This document shows positions 18,422 to 26,924 of a stretch of DNA of 64,000 bases, in pieces (position 1 is the first letter of the stretch; every line of letters starts with the position of its first letter). Made by a program: the position numbers and the translations under genes. This DNA comes from Acidimicrobiaceae bacterium. Lineage in GTDB: Bacteria > Actinomycetota > Acidimicrobiia > Acidimicrobiales > Aldehydirespiratoraceae. The DNA is taken from assembly GCA_009843915.1 (NCBI GenBank), contig VYCM01000136.1, forward strand, positions 2,795 to 66,794. The letters are read 5' to 3'. A model generated the notes under the pieces. It was not told the origin of the DNA. It saw only the letters and a list, made by a program, of their open reading frames with translations, and searched no databases.

Positions 18422-18482
18422 GTCAGCTCCTCGTATTGCTGGTTGTGGAAGGCTGGCGCCTTCTGAGCGACGGTAGCACCGG

Positions 18483-19250
18483 TCAGACCAGGTCGCGGTG
18501 CAGGACTGCGAGTCGGTCGGGCTCCACGCTGAACCCGCACCGCTGGTAGAGCGCGAGGGCCCGCTCGTTGTCGGGCGGGGTGTTGACCAGCGCGGTTTGC
18601 GCACCTCGGCGTTGCAGCCAGTTCAGTGCGTCCAAGACCAGCAGCGTGCCCATGCCTCGGCCCTGGGAGTGGGTTGCCACTGCCAGTCGCTGCAAGTAGC
18701 CCATCGGCCCCGCTCGTCCCGTGATGCTGTAGGCGGTCACCTCGGGGCTTCGGATCACTCGCCATCGACTTGACGGTGTGGCGGTACGGGCTTCGTGGAG
18801 ACCTTCGGCGTCGAGGCGCCAGAACGGGGGGAAGGCCCCGGCATCAACCCGCAGAACACCATCCAGATCACGACGGCGGGCCCTCCGGGTCCGCCCGCCA
18901 GGATGGGCCAGCCTTCCGGAGGCCTCTACATCCCGGCTCAGGGCGGTGAGTTCGGCCCGGACGCTGAAGCCGTCGTTGATGAGCCGGTCGCGCACCAGTG
19001 GGGCAACGGCAGCAGTGATGACGGAGCTGAACCCCTGATGCAGGAGCCGATCCCGTAGGGAGGCCAGTACTGGGGGTGCGAGAGTCGAGGCAGCGGTGAC
19101 CGGGGCGAGGTACGCCACATCATGCTGGCCCTGCCAGGGCCCGACGCGGAATCGCGCCGAACCGACCCTTACCGAGGTCAGTGCCACGAACTCAGGCGTC
19201 GCATGCGCCGCCACGATACGCGCCGCGCTCATTAGTCGAGTAGGAGGCAC
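18483..19250 (-). CDS. GNAT family N-acetyltransferase
   Basis: Acetyl-CoA motif LQRLAVATHSQGRGMGTLLV and C-terminal ALALYQRCGF. The start is GTG 19250 or ATG 19232. Confidence 0.8.
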   Translation of the reverse strand: MPPTRLMSAARIVAAHATPEFVALTSVRVGSARFRVGPWQGQHDVAYLAPVTAASTLAPPVLASLRDRLLHQGFSSVITAAVAPLVRDRLINDGFSVRAELTALSRDVEASGRLAHPGGRTRRARRRDLDGVLRVDAGAFPPFWRLDAEGLHEARTATPSSRWRVIRSPEVTAYSITGRAGPMGYLQRLAVATHSQGRGMGTLLVLDALNWLQRRGAQTALVNTPPDNERALALYQRCGFSVEPDRLAVLHRDLV

Positions 19251-19254
19251 CGGG

Positions 19255-19260
19255 TACGAT
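19255..19260 (+). promoter_or_regulatory. -10-like hexamer placed for a leaderless transcript of the deacetylase gene
   Basis: TACGAT (TANNNT) ends 7 nt before GTG 19268. No Shine-Dalgarno sequence lies at usable distance. Confidence 0.35.
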
Positions 19261-19267
19261 CCGGACC

Positions 19268-20272
19268 GTGCTGGTGATCACCGACGAGCGTTTCCTCGAC
19301 CATGACACCGGGTACCGGCATCCCGAGCGGCCTGACCGCTTGCGAGCCGCGCTGGCCGGGGTGACTGCGGTGGACGCCGAACTGCTCTCGGACAGCCGCA
19401 CACCGAGGCCGGCGGAGCGGTCGGAGTTGGAGCTGGTGCATCGTCCGGAGATGATCGATCGGGTCGTGACGCTGGCGGAGCATGGCGGCGGCCACCTGGA
19501 TGCCGACACGCCCATGGGCGCAGCCAGCTTGGACGCAGCACTGCTCGCGGCCGGAGCGGTGCTGTCGGCTGTGGAGCAGCTCGGAGCCAGCGGCGGGGAA
19601 GCCGAGGCCTACTGCATCGTGCGACCGCCGGGGCATCACGCCACGCCTTCGGCGTCCATGGGCTTCTGCCTGTTCAACTCGGTGGCCGTGGCCGCGGCAT
19701 CGCTGGCTTCCGCTGGCCAGCGGGTCGCCATCGTCGACATCGACGCCCACCACGGCAACGGCACGCAAGACGTGTTCTTCAGCCGTGACGATGTTCTCTA
19801 TGCGTCGATTCACCAGTACCCGCTCTATCCGGGCACGGGAGCGCTCGACGAGCGGGGCGCCGGCATAGGAGAGGGCTTCACAATCAATGTGCCGCTGCCA
19901 CCGGGCGCCACCGGCGAGGTGGCTCGGGCGGCGCTGGACGAAGCGATCATTCCTGCGGTCGAGCGGTTCGCTCCGGATTGGCTGTTGGTGTCGGCGGGCT
20001 ATGACGGGCATCGTGCCGACCCGTTGACGGGCCTGTGCTATTCGTCGTCGGACTACGGCGACTTCGTCCGTCAGCTGACGCCGCTGGCGCCGCGGACGGT
20101 GGCCGTGCTCGAGGGCGGCTACGACCTGGAAGCCACACGGGCCTCGTCATACGCCGTGGCCGGAGCATTGCTGGGCCTCGACTTGCGGCCTGAGCCTGCC
20201 AGCAGCTCCGGACCGGGCATGGAGGTCGTGCGAGCGGCGGCCCGCCTCGCGGCTTGCGACGACATACGGTGA
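19268..20272 (+). CDS. Histone deacetylase / acetoin-utilisation (AcuC-like) family deacetylase
   Basis: VRPPGHHA, DIDAHHGNGTQ and EGGY motifs. Confidence 0.88.
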   Translation: MLVITDERFLDHDTGYRHPERPDRLRAALAGVTAVDAELLSDSRTPRPAERSELELVHRPEMIDRVVTLAEHGGGHLDADTPMGAASLDAALLAAGAVLSAVEQLGASGGEAEAYCIVRPPGHHATPSASMGFCLFNSVAVAAASLASAGQRVAIVDIDAHHGNGTQDVFFSRDDVLYASIHQYPLYPGTGALDERGAGIGEGFTINVPLPPGATGEVARAALDEAIIPAVERFAPDWLLVSAGYDGHRADPLTGLCYSSSDYGDFVRQLTPLAPRTVAVLEGGYDLEATRASSYAVAGALLGLDLRPEPASSSGPGMEVVRAAARLAACDDIR

Positions 20273-21561
20273 GCGCAGAAGCCCGCGAAGCGCTCTCGGC
20301 CGATGAAGCGCTCTCAGCCGCGCTGTCCGCCGCGTCCGGCCTCAAGCGGCTCTTCGATGCAGCGGGACATCGGCTGTACCTCGTGGGTGGAGTGGTGCGA
20401 GAGGCTGTCGCCGGCCGGTTCCTCCCTGACGCGGATCTCGACTGCACCACTGGCGCCCGCCCGGCGACTGTGCGGCGGATCGTCAGCGATGCGGCAACGT
20501 CGGTCTGGACCCAGGGCGAGCGGTTCGGCACCATCGGCTGCGTCGTGGAGGGGCGGGCCTTCGAGATCACCACCCACCGCGCCGAACGCTATGAGAGGCA
20601 GTCGCGAAAGCCCGTGGTGGCATTCGGTGACGACGTGGTCCAGGACTTGGCGCGTCGTGACTTCACCGTCAACGCCATGGCGATCGACACAGCCGACGGC
20701 GCCCTGATCGACCCGCACGGCGGGCGGGACGACCTGGTGGCAGGGGTGTTGCGTACGCCCCTCGACCCAGCGGTCTCCTTCGGCGACGACCCTCTGCGCA
20801 TGCTGCGAGCGGCACGGTTCATTGCCAGCCATGGACTCGCACCTGACGATGCGCTGGTCGGTGCGGTGGAGGCCATGGGCGACCGGCTGGACATTGTCTC
20901 GGTGGAGCGGGTACGCGACGAGTTCGAGAAGCTGCTGCTGCTCGACGACCCGTCGGAGGGCTTCCGCTTCCTGTTTCTTACCGGTCTGATCCGGCGGGTG
21001 GTCGAAGACCTGGCTCGTTCCGACCCAGCGGAAGTGGGCCGGATCACGGCTGCCGTGGCCGCCGAGCCCGCGGCCCGCTGGGCCTCGCTGTTCGTACGCG
21101 ACTCAGCTGAGACCGCCGCGGCGTGCTTGCGCAGGCTGCGCTGCTCTAACGAGCTGGTCTCGTCGTCGACCGCGCTGATAGCGGCTCGGGCCCGACTGGG
21201 GGAGACCTCGGGCAGCCTCGTCGACGTGCGCCGGTTCGTCCACGCATGCCGGTCGCCGGTGGACAGCGCGCTGGCCTTCGCCGAAGCGGTGGCCACGGTG
21301 TGCGGCGAGCCGAGGGACCGGCTGCACGACTTCGCGAGAACCCTGGCCGAAGCGCGAAGAACCGAAGACGTCGACAACTTCGTGCTTCCCCTGGACGGCG
21401 ACGAAGTCATGGCCGCGCTCGGCCTCGACCCCGGTCCCGAGGTCGGCCGGGCCCTCGACTTCCTGCGCGAGCGGGGCTTCCGGCACGGCCCGTCGAGCAA
21501 GGCCGACGCGGTGGAAGCCCTGCAACGGTGGTGGGCCGGGAACTACTGTGACCGATCGTGA
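20269..21561 (+). CDS. cca: CCA tRNA nucleotidyltransferase / poly(A) polymerase family
   Basis: LYLVGGVVRE..DLDCTT and ERFGTIG nucleotidyltransferase motifs. GTG 20269 overlaps the deacetylase stop (GTGA). The track start is TTG 20254. Confidence 0.85.
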   Translation: MSAEAREALSADEALSAALSAASGLKRLFDAAGHRLYLVGGVVREAVAGRFLPDADLDCTTGARPATVRRIVSDAATSVWTQGERFGTIGCVVEGRAFEITTHRAERYERQSRKPVVAFGDDVVQDLARRDFTVNAMAIDTADGALIDPHGGRDDLVAGVLRTPLDPAVSFGDDPLRMLRAARFIASHGLAPDDALVGAVEAMGDRLDIVSVERVRDEFEKLLLLDDPSEGFRFLFLTGLIRRVVEDLARSDPAEVGRITAAVAAEPAARWASLFVRDSAETAAACLRRLRCSNELVSSSTALIAARARLGETSGSLVDVRRFVHACRSPVDSALAFAEAVATVCGEPRDRLHDFARTLAEARRTEDVDNFVLPLDGDEVMAALGLDPGPEVGRALDFLRERGFRHGPSSKADAVEALQRWWAGNYCDRS

Positions 21562-21977
21562 AGCCGAAGCCGTCCAGCCTGCCTGCCGCTGCGAGCGGCC
21601 TGCCGGACAGGCCGGTGGGTGCGAGCGTCGACTACCGGCTGGCTAGGGCGGCCACTCTGAAGGCATGGAAGTCGGGCCAGCTTGGCCGGCAGGAGGTCTG
21701 CGACGCTCAACGCGAGTTGCAGCGCAACGCGGAGTTCTGCGGCCAGCCCACCGGGCGCCAGTGCCCGGTGTGCGCGAACGCCGGTGTGGTGGAGGTCACC
21801 TACGTGTTCGGCTCGCGGCTCCCCAAGCACGGTCGCTGCGTCACGACCCGAGCGGAGATGCAGCGATTGCAGAGTCGGGCCACTGTGTCGACCGGCTACG
21901 TGGTCGAGGTCTGCACCGACTGCGGCTGGAACCACCTGGTGCGCCGCTACACGCTCGGCGGCAAGCGCTCAGCCTGA
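21558..21977 (+). CDS. Conserved Cys4 zinc-ribbon protein (DUF5318-like)
   Basis: 139 aa with CPVC..and..CTDC pairs. GTGA overlap with the cca stop. The family assignment is from memory only. Confidence 0.6.
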   Translation: MKPKPSSLPAAASGLPDRPVGASVDYRLARAATLKAWKSGQLGRQEVCDAQRELQRNAEFCGQPTGRQCPVCANAGVVEVTYVFGSRLPKHGRCVTTRAEMQRLQSRATVSTGYVVEVCTDCGWNHLVRRYTLGGKRSA

Positions 21978-22211
21978 CAGCTGCTTGCGGCGATTGAGCC
22001 AGGATCGACTAGGCGGGTGATGGGGGCGTTCGACTTGCGAGCGAGTAGGGCGAAGCCCGTGCGAGCAAGCGGACGACCGCAGCGCACGCCGGGGGTGAGC
22101 GACGCTCGGGCCTGAGGAGTTGCCGCTGACCGCTTGCAGTGGCGCCGCGGCGGGCGGTAGCCTGCGGGCACCGCTGGCAGCCGCAGCGCGCTGGACGGGA
22201 AGGAGCATCCC

Positions 22212-23057
22212 ATGGACACGCTCACCGCGCCCGCCATACGGGTGCGCAAAGTTCGAGACGGGGCCGATCCGCTGGTGATGGTGACGGCGTACGACGCGCC
22301 GAGCGCCCGAGTCGTGAACGAGGCGGGCGCCGACCTCATCCTGGTAGGCGATTCCGTTGCCATGGTGGTGCTCGGCTATGACGACACGCTGCAGGTGACG
22401 GTGGACGACATGGCCCATCATGTGGCCGCCGTCGCGAGGACCAGGCCCGATGCCCACATCGTGGGCGACCTGCCATGGATGAGCTACCACGTGTCGGCCT
22501 CCAGGACCGTTCGCAACGCGGCGCAACTCATCAGGGCGGGTGCGCATTCGGTGAAGCTGGAGGGCGGCCGCAAGCGCCTGCCGATGATCGAACGCATCTG
22601 CGGCGCCGAGATACCGGTGATGGGTCACATCGGCCTCACACCCCAGTCGGTGCACGCGATGGGCGGCTTCAAGGTTCAGGGCCGCAAGGCTGAGGCGGCT
22701 CGCCGGCTGGTGCAGGCGGCGAAGTCACTGGCGCACGCGGGTTGCTACGCGATCGTGCTCGAGGGCGTTCCCGTCCAGGTGGCGGAGATGGTCACCGAGG
22801 CGATCGAGGTCCCGACGATCGGCATCGGCGCCGGCCCCCACTGCGACGGTCAGGTGCTCGTCTACCACGATCTGCTGGGCTTCGAGCAACGGCTTGCTCC
22901 GAAGTTCGTACGTCGCTACGCCGATCTGCATGCCGCCGCCACGGAGGCCGTGCGACGCTTCTCCGACGACGTTCGTTCCGGTGCCTTCCCGGCCCTGGAG
23001 GAGTCGTACCACCTGTCGGAGGCCGAGCTGGCCGCGCTGGGAGTCGCTGGCGTCTGA
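22212..23057 (+). CDS. panB: 3-methyl-2-oxobutanoate hydroxymethyltransferase
   Basis: LVMVTAYDAPSARV, LVGDSVAMVVLGY and VKLEGG motifs. Confidence 0.93.
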   Translation: MDTLTAPAIRVRKVRDGADPLVMVTAYDAPSARVVNEAGADLILVGDSVAMVVLGYDDTLQVTVDDMAHHVAAVARTRPDAHIVGDLPWMSYHVSASRTVRNAAQLIRAGAHSVKLEGGRKRLPMIERICGAEIPVMGHIGLTPQSVHAMGGFKVQGRKAEAARRLVQAAKSLAHAGCYAIVLEGVPVQVAEMVTEAIEVPTIGIGAGPHCDGQVLVYHDLLGFEQRLAPKFVRRYADLHAAATEAVRRFSDDVRSGAFPALEESYHLSEAELAALGVAGV

Positions 23058-23084
23058 ACCGGTCCGCAACCCCGACAGGCGTCT

Positions 23085-23114
23085 GGGGATGGCTTTGTGG
23101 ATGGCTGGGGATGG
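23085..23114 (+). repeat. Three direct G(G/T)GGATGG repeats in the panB-rpsF spacer
   Basis: ggggatgg 23085, gtggatgg 23097, ggggatgg 23107. Spacings are 12 and 10 nt. Confidence 0.6.
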
Positions 23115-23282
23115 AACATCAGCCGGTTGGTATGAGCTTGGCCGCCGGTACCCTGCGCCCGACAGTTGACTGACTCTTGGTCCTCGGATCGGGACCGGTT
23201 CGCTTCAACAACACAGAAATCCCCAACCCTGCCCCGGCGAGGGGCCCCGGCGCCGCCGGGTCCAGAGGGAGGTGCTTGCCCC

Positions 23283-23627
23283 GTGCTGCGGGCCTACGAA
23301 CTGATGATCATCATCGATTCCGATGTCGGAACGTCCGACGTCGAGTCGGTGATCGCCCAAGTGGCCGGCCTCGTCACCGACGAGGGAGGGACAATCGTGT
23401 CCACCGACAATTGGGGTCGGCGCAAGTTCGCCTACAAGATCAACCACAAGACCGACGGCACGTACGTGGTCTGGGAGATCGTGACCGACACGGCCGGCCT
23501 TCCCGACGCCGAGCGGCGCCTGCGGCTCGCGGACGACATCGTCCGCCACAAACTGTTCAGGCTTCCCGAGGCCGAGGCTGAGCGCCGCGGCCTGCTTGCG
23601 GAAGCCGCGCCGGCGGCGGCCGGCTGA
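23283..23627 (+). CDS. rpsF: 30S ribosomal protein S6
   Basis: (V)LRAYELMIIIDSD..FAYKINHKTDGTYV. GTG 23283 has GGGAGG 10 nt upstream. The track ORF from 23166 adds an unconserved leader. Confidence 0.88.
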   Translation: MLRAYELMIIIDSDVGTSDVESVIAQVAGLVTDEGGTIVSTDNWGRRKFAYKINHKTDGTYVVWEIVTDTAGLPDAERRLRLADDIVRHKLFRLPEAEAERRGLLAEAAPAAAG

Positions 23628-23644
23628 GATCCGGAGGTTCCTCA

Positions 23645-24154
23645 ATGGGATTCGACAACACCGTAACCGTCGTGGGAAACGTCACGCGCGACCCCGAACT
23701 GCGATTCGCCCAGTCGGGCATGGCCATCGCCCAGTTCGGGGTGGCTTGGAATCGCAGGCGGCAGGACCAGGAGGACGAAGTCTCGTTCTTCGATGTCACC
23801 TGCTTCCGTCAGCTCGCCGAGAACGTCGCCGAATCGGTTCGCAAGGGAGCTCGGGTGGTCATCTACGGCACCCTCCAGCAACGGAGCTGGGAGACGGACA
23901 GCGGAGACCGTCGCTCGAAGGTCGAGATTCTGGCCGACGATGTGGCGCCCAGCTTGAAATGGGCCACGGCCGCGATCACCAGGAATGAGCGGCCGGGTGG
24001 CGGTGACTACCGCGGCGGCCACCGCGGTGACGGCGGGTCCCGCGGTTCGAGTGGATCCCGGCCAGCCGGCCTTGAGGCGCTCGAATCCCGACACACCGGC
24101 GGGACGCCGCAAACAAGGGCGGCGAGTTCCAACGTCGACGAAGAACCGTTCTGA
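23645..24154 (+). CDS. ssb: Single-stranded DNA-binding protein
   Basis: NTVTVVGNVTRDPELRF OB-fold start, a Gly-rich tail and the acidic tip DEEPF. Confidence 0.93.
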   Translation: MGFDNTVTVVGNVTRDPELRFAQSGMAIAQFGVAWNRRRQDQEDEVSFFDVTCFRQLAENVAESVRKGARVVIYGTLQQRSWETDSGDRRSKVEILADDVAPSLKWATAAITRNERPGGGDYRGGHRGDGGSRGSSGSRPAGLEALESRHTGGTPQTRAASSNVDEEPF

Positions 24155-24189
24155 GACCGGTCCATCGATTCTGACGCGAGGAGACAAGA

Positions 24190-24624
24190 GTGCCCAAGAC
24201 CAAGGTGCGGGGCAAGAACCGCGACAACAATCGCCGAGCGAAGAAGAAGGTGAGCTTCCTTACCACCGAAGGAATCACCTACGTCGACTGGAAGAACGAG
24301 AAGCTGCTGCGGAAGTTCATGTCCGATCGGGCCAAGATCCGAGCTCGGCGTGTAACCGGCAACAACGCCCAGCAGCAGAAGCTCGTTGCCGATGCCATCA
24401 AGCTGGCTCGCGAGATGGCCCTGGTTCCCTACTCGAACCGGGTCACGACTCAGCGCCAGAACAAGGACCGCGACGGCCGCTCCCGCGCGGCCGGCCCGGT
24501 GCCGCGCCCGTCCGCGCCGCCTCCTGGGGGTGCATCCCCCGAGGAAGAAGCCGACGATGCCGACACAGCTAACGCCGAACTCGTCGATGCCATGACCGCC
24601 AGTACCGGGGATGACCGAACATGA
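24190..24624 (+). CDS. rpsR: 30S ribosomal protein S18 with about 60-aa C-terminal extension
   Basis: Core YVDWKNEKLLRKFMSDRAKIRARRVTGNNAQQQKLVADAIKLAREMALVPY. GTG start. The stop overlaps the rplI start (ATGA). Confidence 0.88.
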   Translation: MPKTKVRGKNRDNNRRAKKKVSFLTTEGITYVDWKNEKLLRKFMSDRAKIRARRVTGNNAQQQKLVADAIKLAREMALVPYSNRVTTQRQNKDRDGRSRAAGPVPRPSAPPPGGASPEEEADDADTANAELVDAMTASTGDDRT

Positions 24625-25070
24625 AGGTCGTCCTGCGCGCCGACGTGGACGGGCTGGGCCGCAAGGGCGACGTGTGCGATGTGGCCGCTGGCTATGCCCG
24701 CAACTATCTCGTTCCCAAGGGCCTGGCTCTACAGTCGTCGGCCGGCGCGGAGCGCCCGGCCGAAGCGATGCGGCGCAGCGCAGCGCTGCGCCGGGCGGCC
24801 GACCGCGCCGATGCTGAAGAGATTGCGGTGAGGCTTGCTCCAGCCGTTCTGGCGGTGTCGGCCCGGGCCGCGGAGTCCGGGCACCTCTATGGCTCGGTGG
24901 GACCGGTTGACATCGTGGCCGCAGTCGAGTCCCAGGTCGGGGCAGTGGTCGACAGTAAGGCCGTGGCCCTGGAGACGCCCATCAGGGAGACCGGCTCTCA
25001 CACTGTGCTGTTCCGGCTCCACGACGACGTGGAGGTGCCGGTGACCGTCGAGGTAACGGCCCAGGACTGA
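24621..25070 (+). CDS. rplI: 50S ribosomal protein L9
   Basis: MKVVLRADVDGLGRKGDVCDVAAGYARNYLVPKGLA. Confidence 0.93.
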   Translation: MKVVLRADVDGLGRKGDVCDVAAGYARNYLVPKGLALQSSAGAERPAEAMRRSAALRRAADRADAEEIAVRLAPAVLAVSARAAESGHLYGSVGPVDIVAAVESQVGAVVDSKAVALETPIRETGSHTVLFRLHDDVEVPVTVEVTAQD

Positions 25071-25197
25071 TCCGCCCACAGGCCGTCCACATCTAACTCG
25101 CGAGATCCCCTGCTGAATCCCCCGCGGCAACGCGAAATCAACAGGGATCGTCCACCGGTGGCCGACATCCTTGTCGTACCCCGTAGCTAGCGTCGCG

Positions 25198-25224
25198 CCC
25201 ACACCGCCGAGCCGGCGGTGTGGG
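25198..25224 (+). terminator. Perfect 12-bp GC-rich hairpin between rplI and dnaB (no U-tract)
   Basis: cccacaccgccg-agc-cggcggtgtggg. All 12 pairs were checked by hand. Confidence 0.4.
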
Positions 25225-25246
25225 GAGACATGAAGGGCGTCAGTTC

Positions 25247-26641
25247 ATGAGCGTTACCGATAGCGCGTCATGGCCCGGCGGGGGCACAAGCGCTGTGGCC
25301 GAACGGCGCGACGTGCGCGTTCCTCCTCACAACCTGGTGGCCGAAGAGTCCCTGCTGGGTGCCATGCTGCTGTCGCGCGACGCCATTGCCGACGTGCTGG
25401 AGACGGTGACCGCGGAGCACTTCTACCGGCCCGCGCACGCTCGGGTCTTCGAAGCGGTGCACAGCCTCTACAGCGCTGGCGACCCGGCCGACGCGGTGAC
25501 GGTGGCCGAGATCCTCGAGCGCAACGACACGCTGGAGGCTATTGGAGGCCTGGACGGCCTGCTCTCGCTGCAGATGAACACGCCGGCTACCTCCAACGCC
25601 GCCTCCTACGCCCGCATCGTGCAGGAGAACCACACGCTGCGCCGACTCATCGAGGTGGCCGGTGAGATCGCGGAGCTGGGCTACGGCCGCCCCGACGATG
25701 TGACCAAGGCGGTGGACTGGGCCGAGAACCTGATGTACCAGGTGGCTCAGGGCCAGGTGGGGGACAACACGGTCCAACTCTCGGAACTGCTGGACGGCAC
25801 GCTGGACAGACTCGAGGAGCTCTACGAGCACGGCGGGACCATCACCGGTACCGCCACCGGCTACAACGATCTCGACAAGCTGCTGTCGGGTCTGCAGCCG
25901 TCCTCGCTGTACGTGGTCGGTGGCCGTCCGTCCATGGGCAAGACCTCGTTCGCGCTGGGTATGGCTGCACATGCGGCCATACGCGGACAGCGGCCGGTTC
26001 TGGTCTTCTCGCTGGAGATGGGCCATATGGAGCTGACCCAGCGGCTGCTTTGCTCCGAGGCCCGGGTCGATTCCACCAAGATGCGCGACGGTCGTCTCGC
26101 CGACGACGACTGGAACCGGATCAACACTGCCATCGGCCGGCTGGCGGAAGCACCCATCTGGATCGACGACAACCCGAACGTGACGGTCATGGAGATCAGG
26201 GCCCGCGCCCGCCGCCTGAAGAGCCAGGTGGGCGACCTCGCCATGGTCGTCGTGGACTACCTGCAGTTGATGACCGGCCGCCAGAGTGCTGACAACCGTC
26301 AGGTTGAGGTAGCCGAGATCTCGCGGGGTCTGAAGATCCTCGCCCGCGAGCTCGAATGCCCGGTCGTGGCGCTGTCGCAGCTCTCCCGCAATCTCGAGAT
26401 GCGCCAGCAGAAGCGTCCCATCCTTGCTGACCTTCGGGAGTCGGGCGCCATCGAGCAGGACGCCGACGTGGTGATGTTCATCTACCGCGACGAGGTGTAC
26501 AACCCCGACAACGCCGACACCTCGGGCACGGCCGAGGTGATAGTGGCCAAGAACCGCAACGGACCCACAGCCACGACCACTCTGGCGTTCCTGTCGCGGT
26601 TCACGACATTCGCCAACTTCGCGGCCCGGCAGGGTCTCTGA
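25247..26641 (+). CDS. dnaB: Replicative DNA helicase DnaB (no intein)
   Basis: PPHNLVAEESLLGAMLL, Walker A GGRPSMGKTSFAL, and VVDYLQLM. ATG 25247 is preferred because the track start GTG 25220 lies inside the hairpin stem. Confidence 0.92.
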   Translation: MSVTDSASWPGGGTSAVAERRDVRVPPHNLVAEESLLGAMLLSRDAIADVLETVTAEHFYRPAHARVFEAVHSLYSAGDPADAVTVAEILERNDTLEAIGGLDGLLSLQMNTPATSNAASYARIVQENHTLRRLIEVAGEIAELGYGRPDDVTKAVDWAENLMYQVAQGQVGDNTVQLSELLDGTLDRLEELYEHGGTITGTATGYNDLDKLLSGLQPSSLYVVGGRPSMGKTSFALGMAAHAAIRGQRPVLVFSLEMGHMELTQRLLCSEARVDSTKMRDGRLADDDWNRINTAIGRLAEAPIWIDDNPNVTVMEIRARARRLKSQVGDLAMVVVDYLQLMTGRQSADNRQVEVAEISRGLKILARELECPVVALSQLSRNLEMRQQKRPILADLRESGAIEQDADVVMFIYRDEVYNPDNADTSGTAEVIVAKNRNGPTATTTLAFLSRFTTFANFAARQGL

Positions 26642-26650
26642 GAGCCTGAC

Positions 26651-26860
26651 ATGTTCCTGGGTCAGAACCTCCTGGCTTGGTTGGTGCTGGCCCTGGGGGC
26701 GTCGATGGCTGCCGGCAACCTGGCGGCGCTGCTTCGGCCGAGGCCCGACCGTCGCGACCCGACCGATCTGGATCGGGCTCCGTTGGGTCGCAGCATTCTC
26801 TACATAGTCGTCGGTTCGGTGGCTGCCGTGTGGGCCATAGCATCACTGCTGTCGTCCTGA
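26651..26860 (+). CDS. Hypothetical small membrane protein (two hydrophobic spans)
   Basis: 69 aa with LLAWLVLALGASMAAGNLAALL and ILYIVVGSVAAVWAIASLL. Begins 9 nt after the dnaB stop. Confidence 0.5.
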   Translation: MFLGQNLLAWLVLALGASMAAGNLAALLRPRPDRRDPTDLDRAPLGRSILYIVVGSVAAVWAIASLLSS

Positions 26861-26924
26861 ACGCGGGAGTGAGGCCGAGCGGCCCGGAGCGCAGCGAACA
26901 AGAGCGGGATAGAAAGGCCGAGTC

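Noticed and set aside
17351-18466. 371-aa plus-strand ORF antisense to degV.
   Set aside because: No motif is present and the composition is typical of antisense high-GC translation. The minus strand gives a clean DegV protein.
21978-22211. 234-nt GC-rich spacer upstream of panB as a possible riboswitch or sRNA.
   Set aside because: I could not draw a convincing conserved structure by eye, and no pantothenate-class riboswitch is known to me. It is left unannotated, and a covariance-model scan would settle it.
25247-26641. Possibility of an intein in dnaB (common in actinobacterial and cyanobacterial DnaB), and likewise in gyrB.
   Set aside because: DnaB is about 465 aa with contiguous Walker A, Walker B and C-terminal motifs. 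The gyrB insertion is only about 27 aa with no intein blocks.
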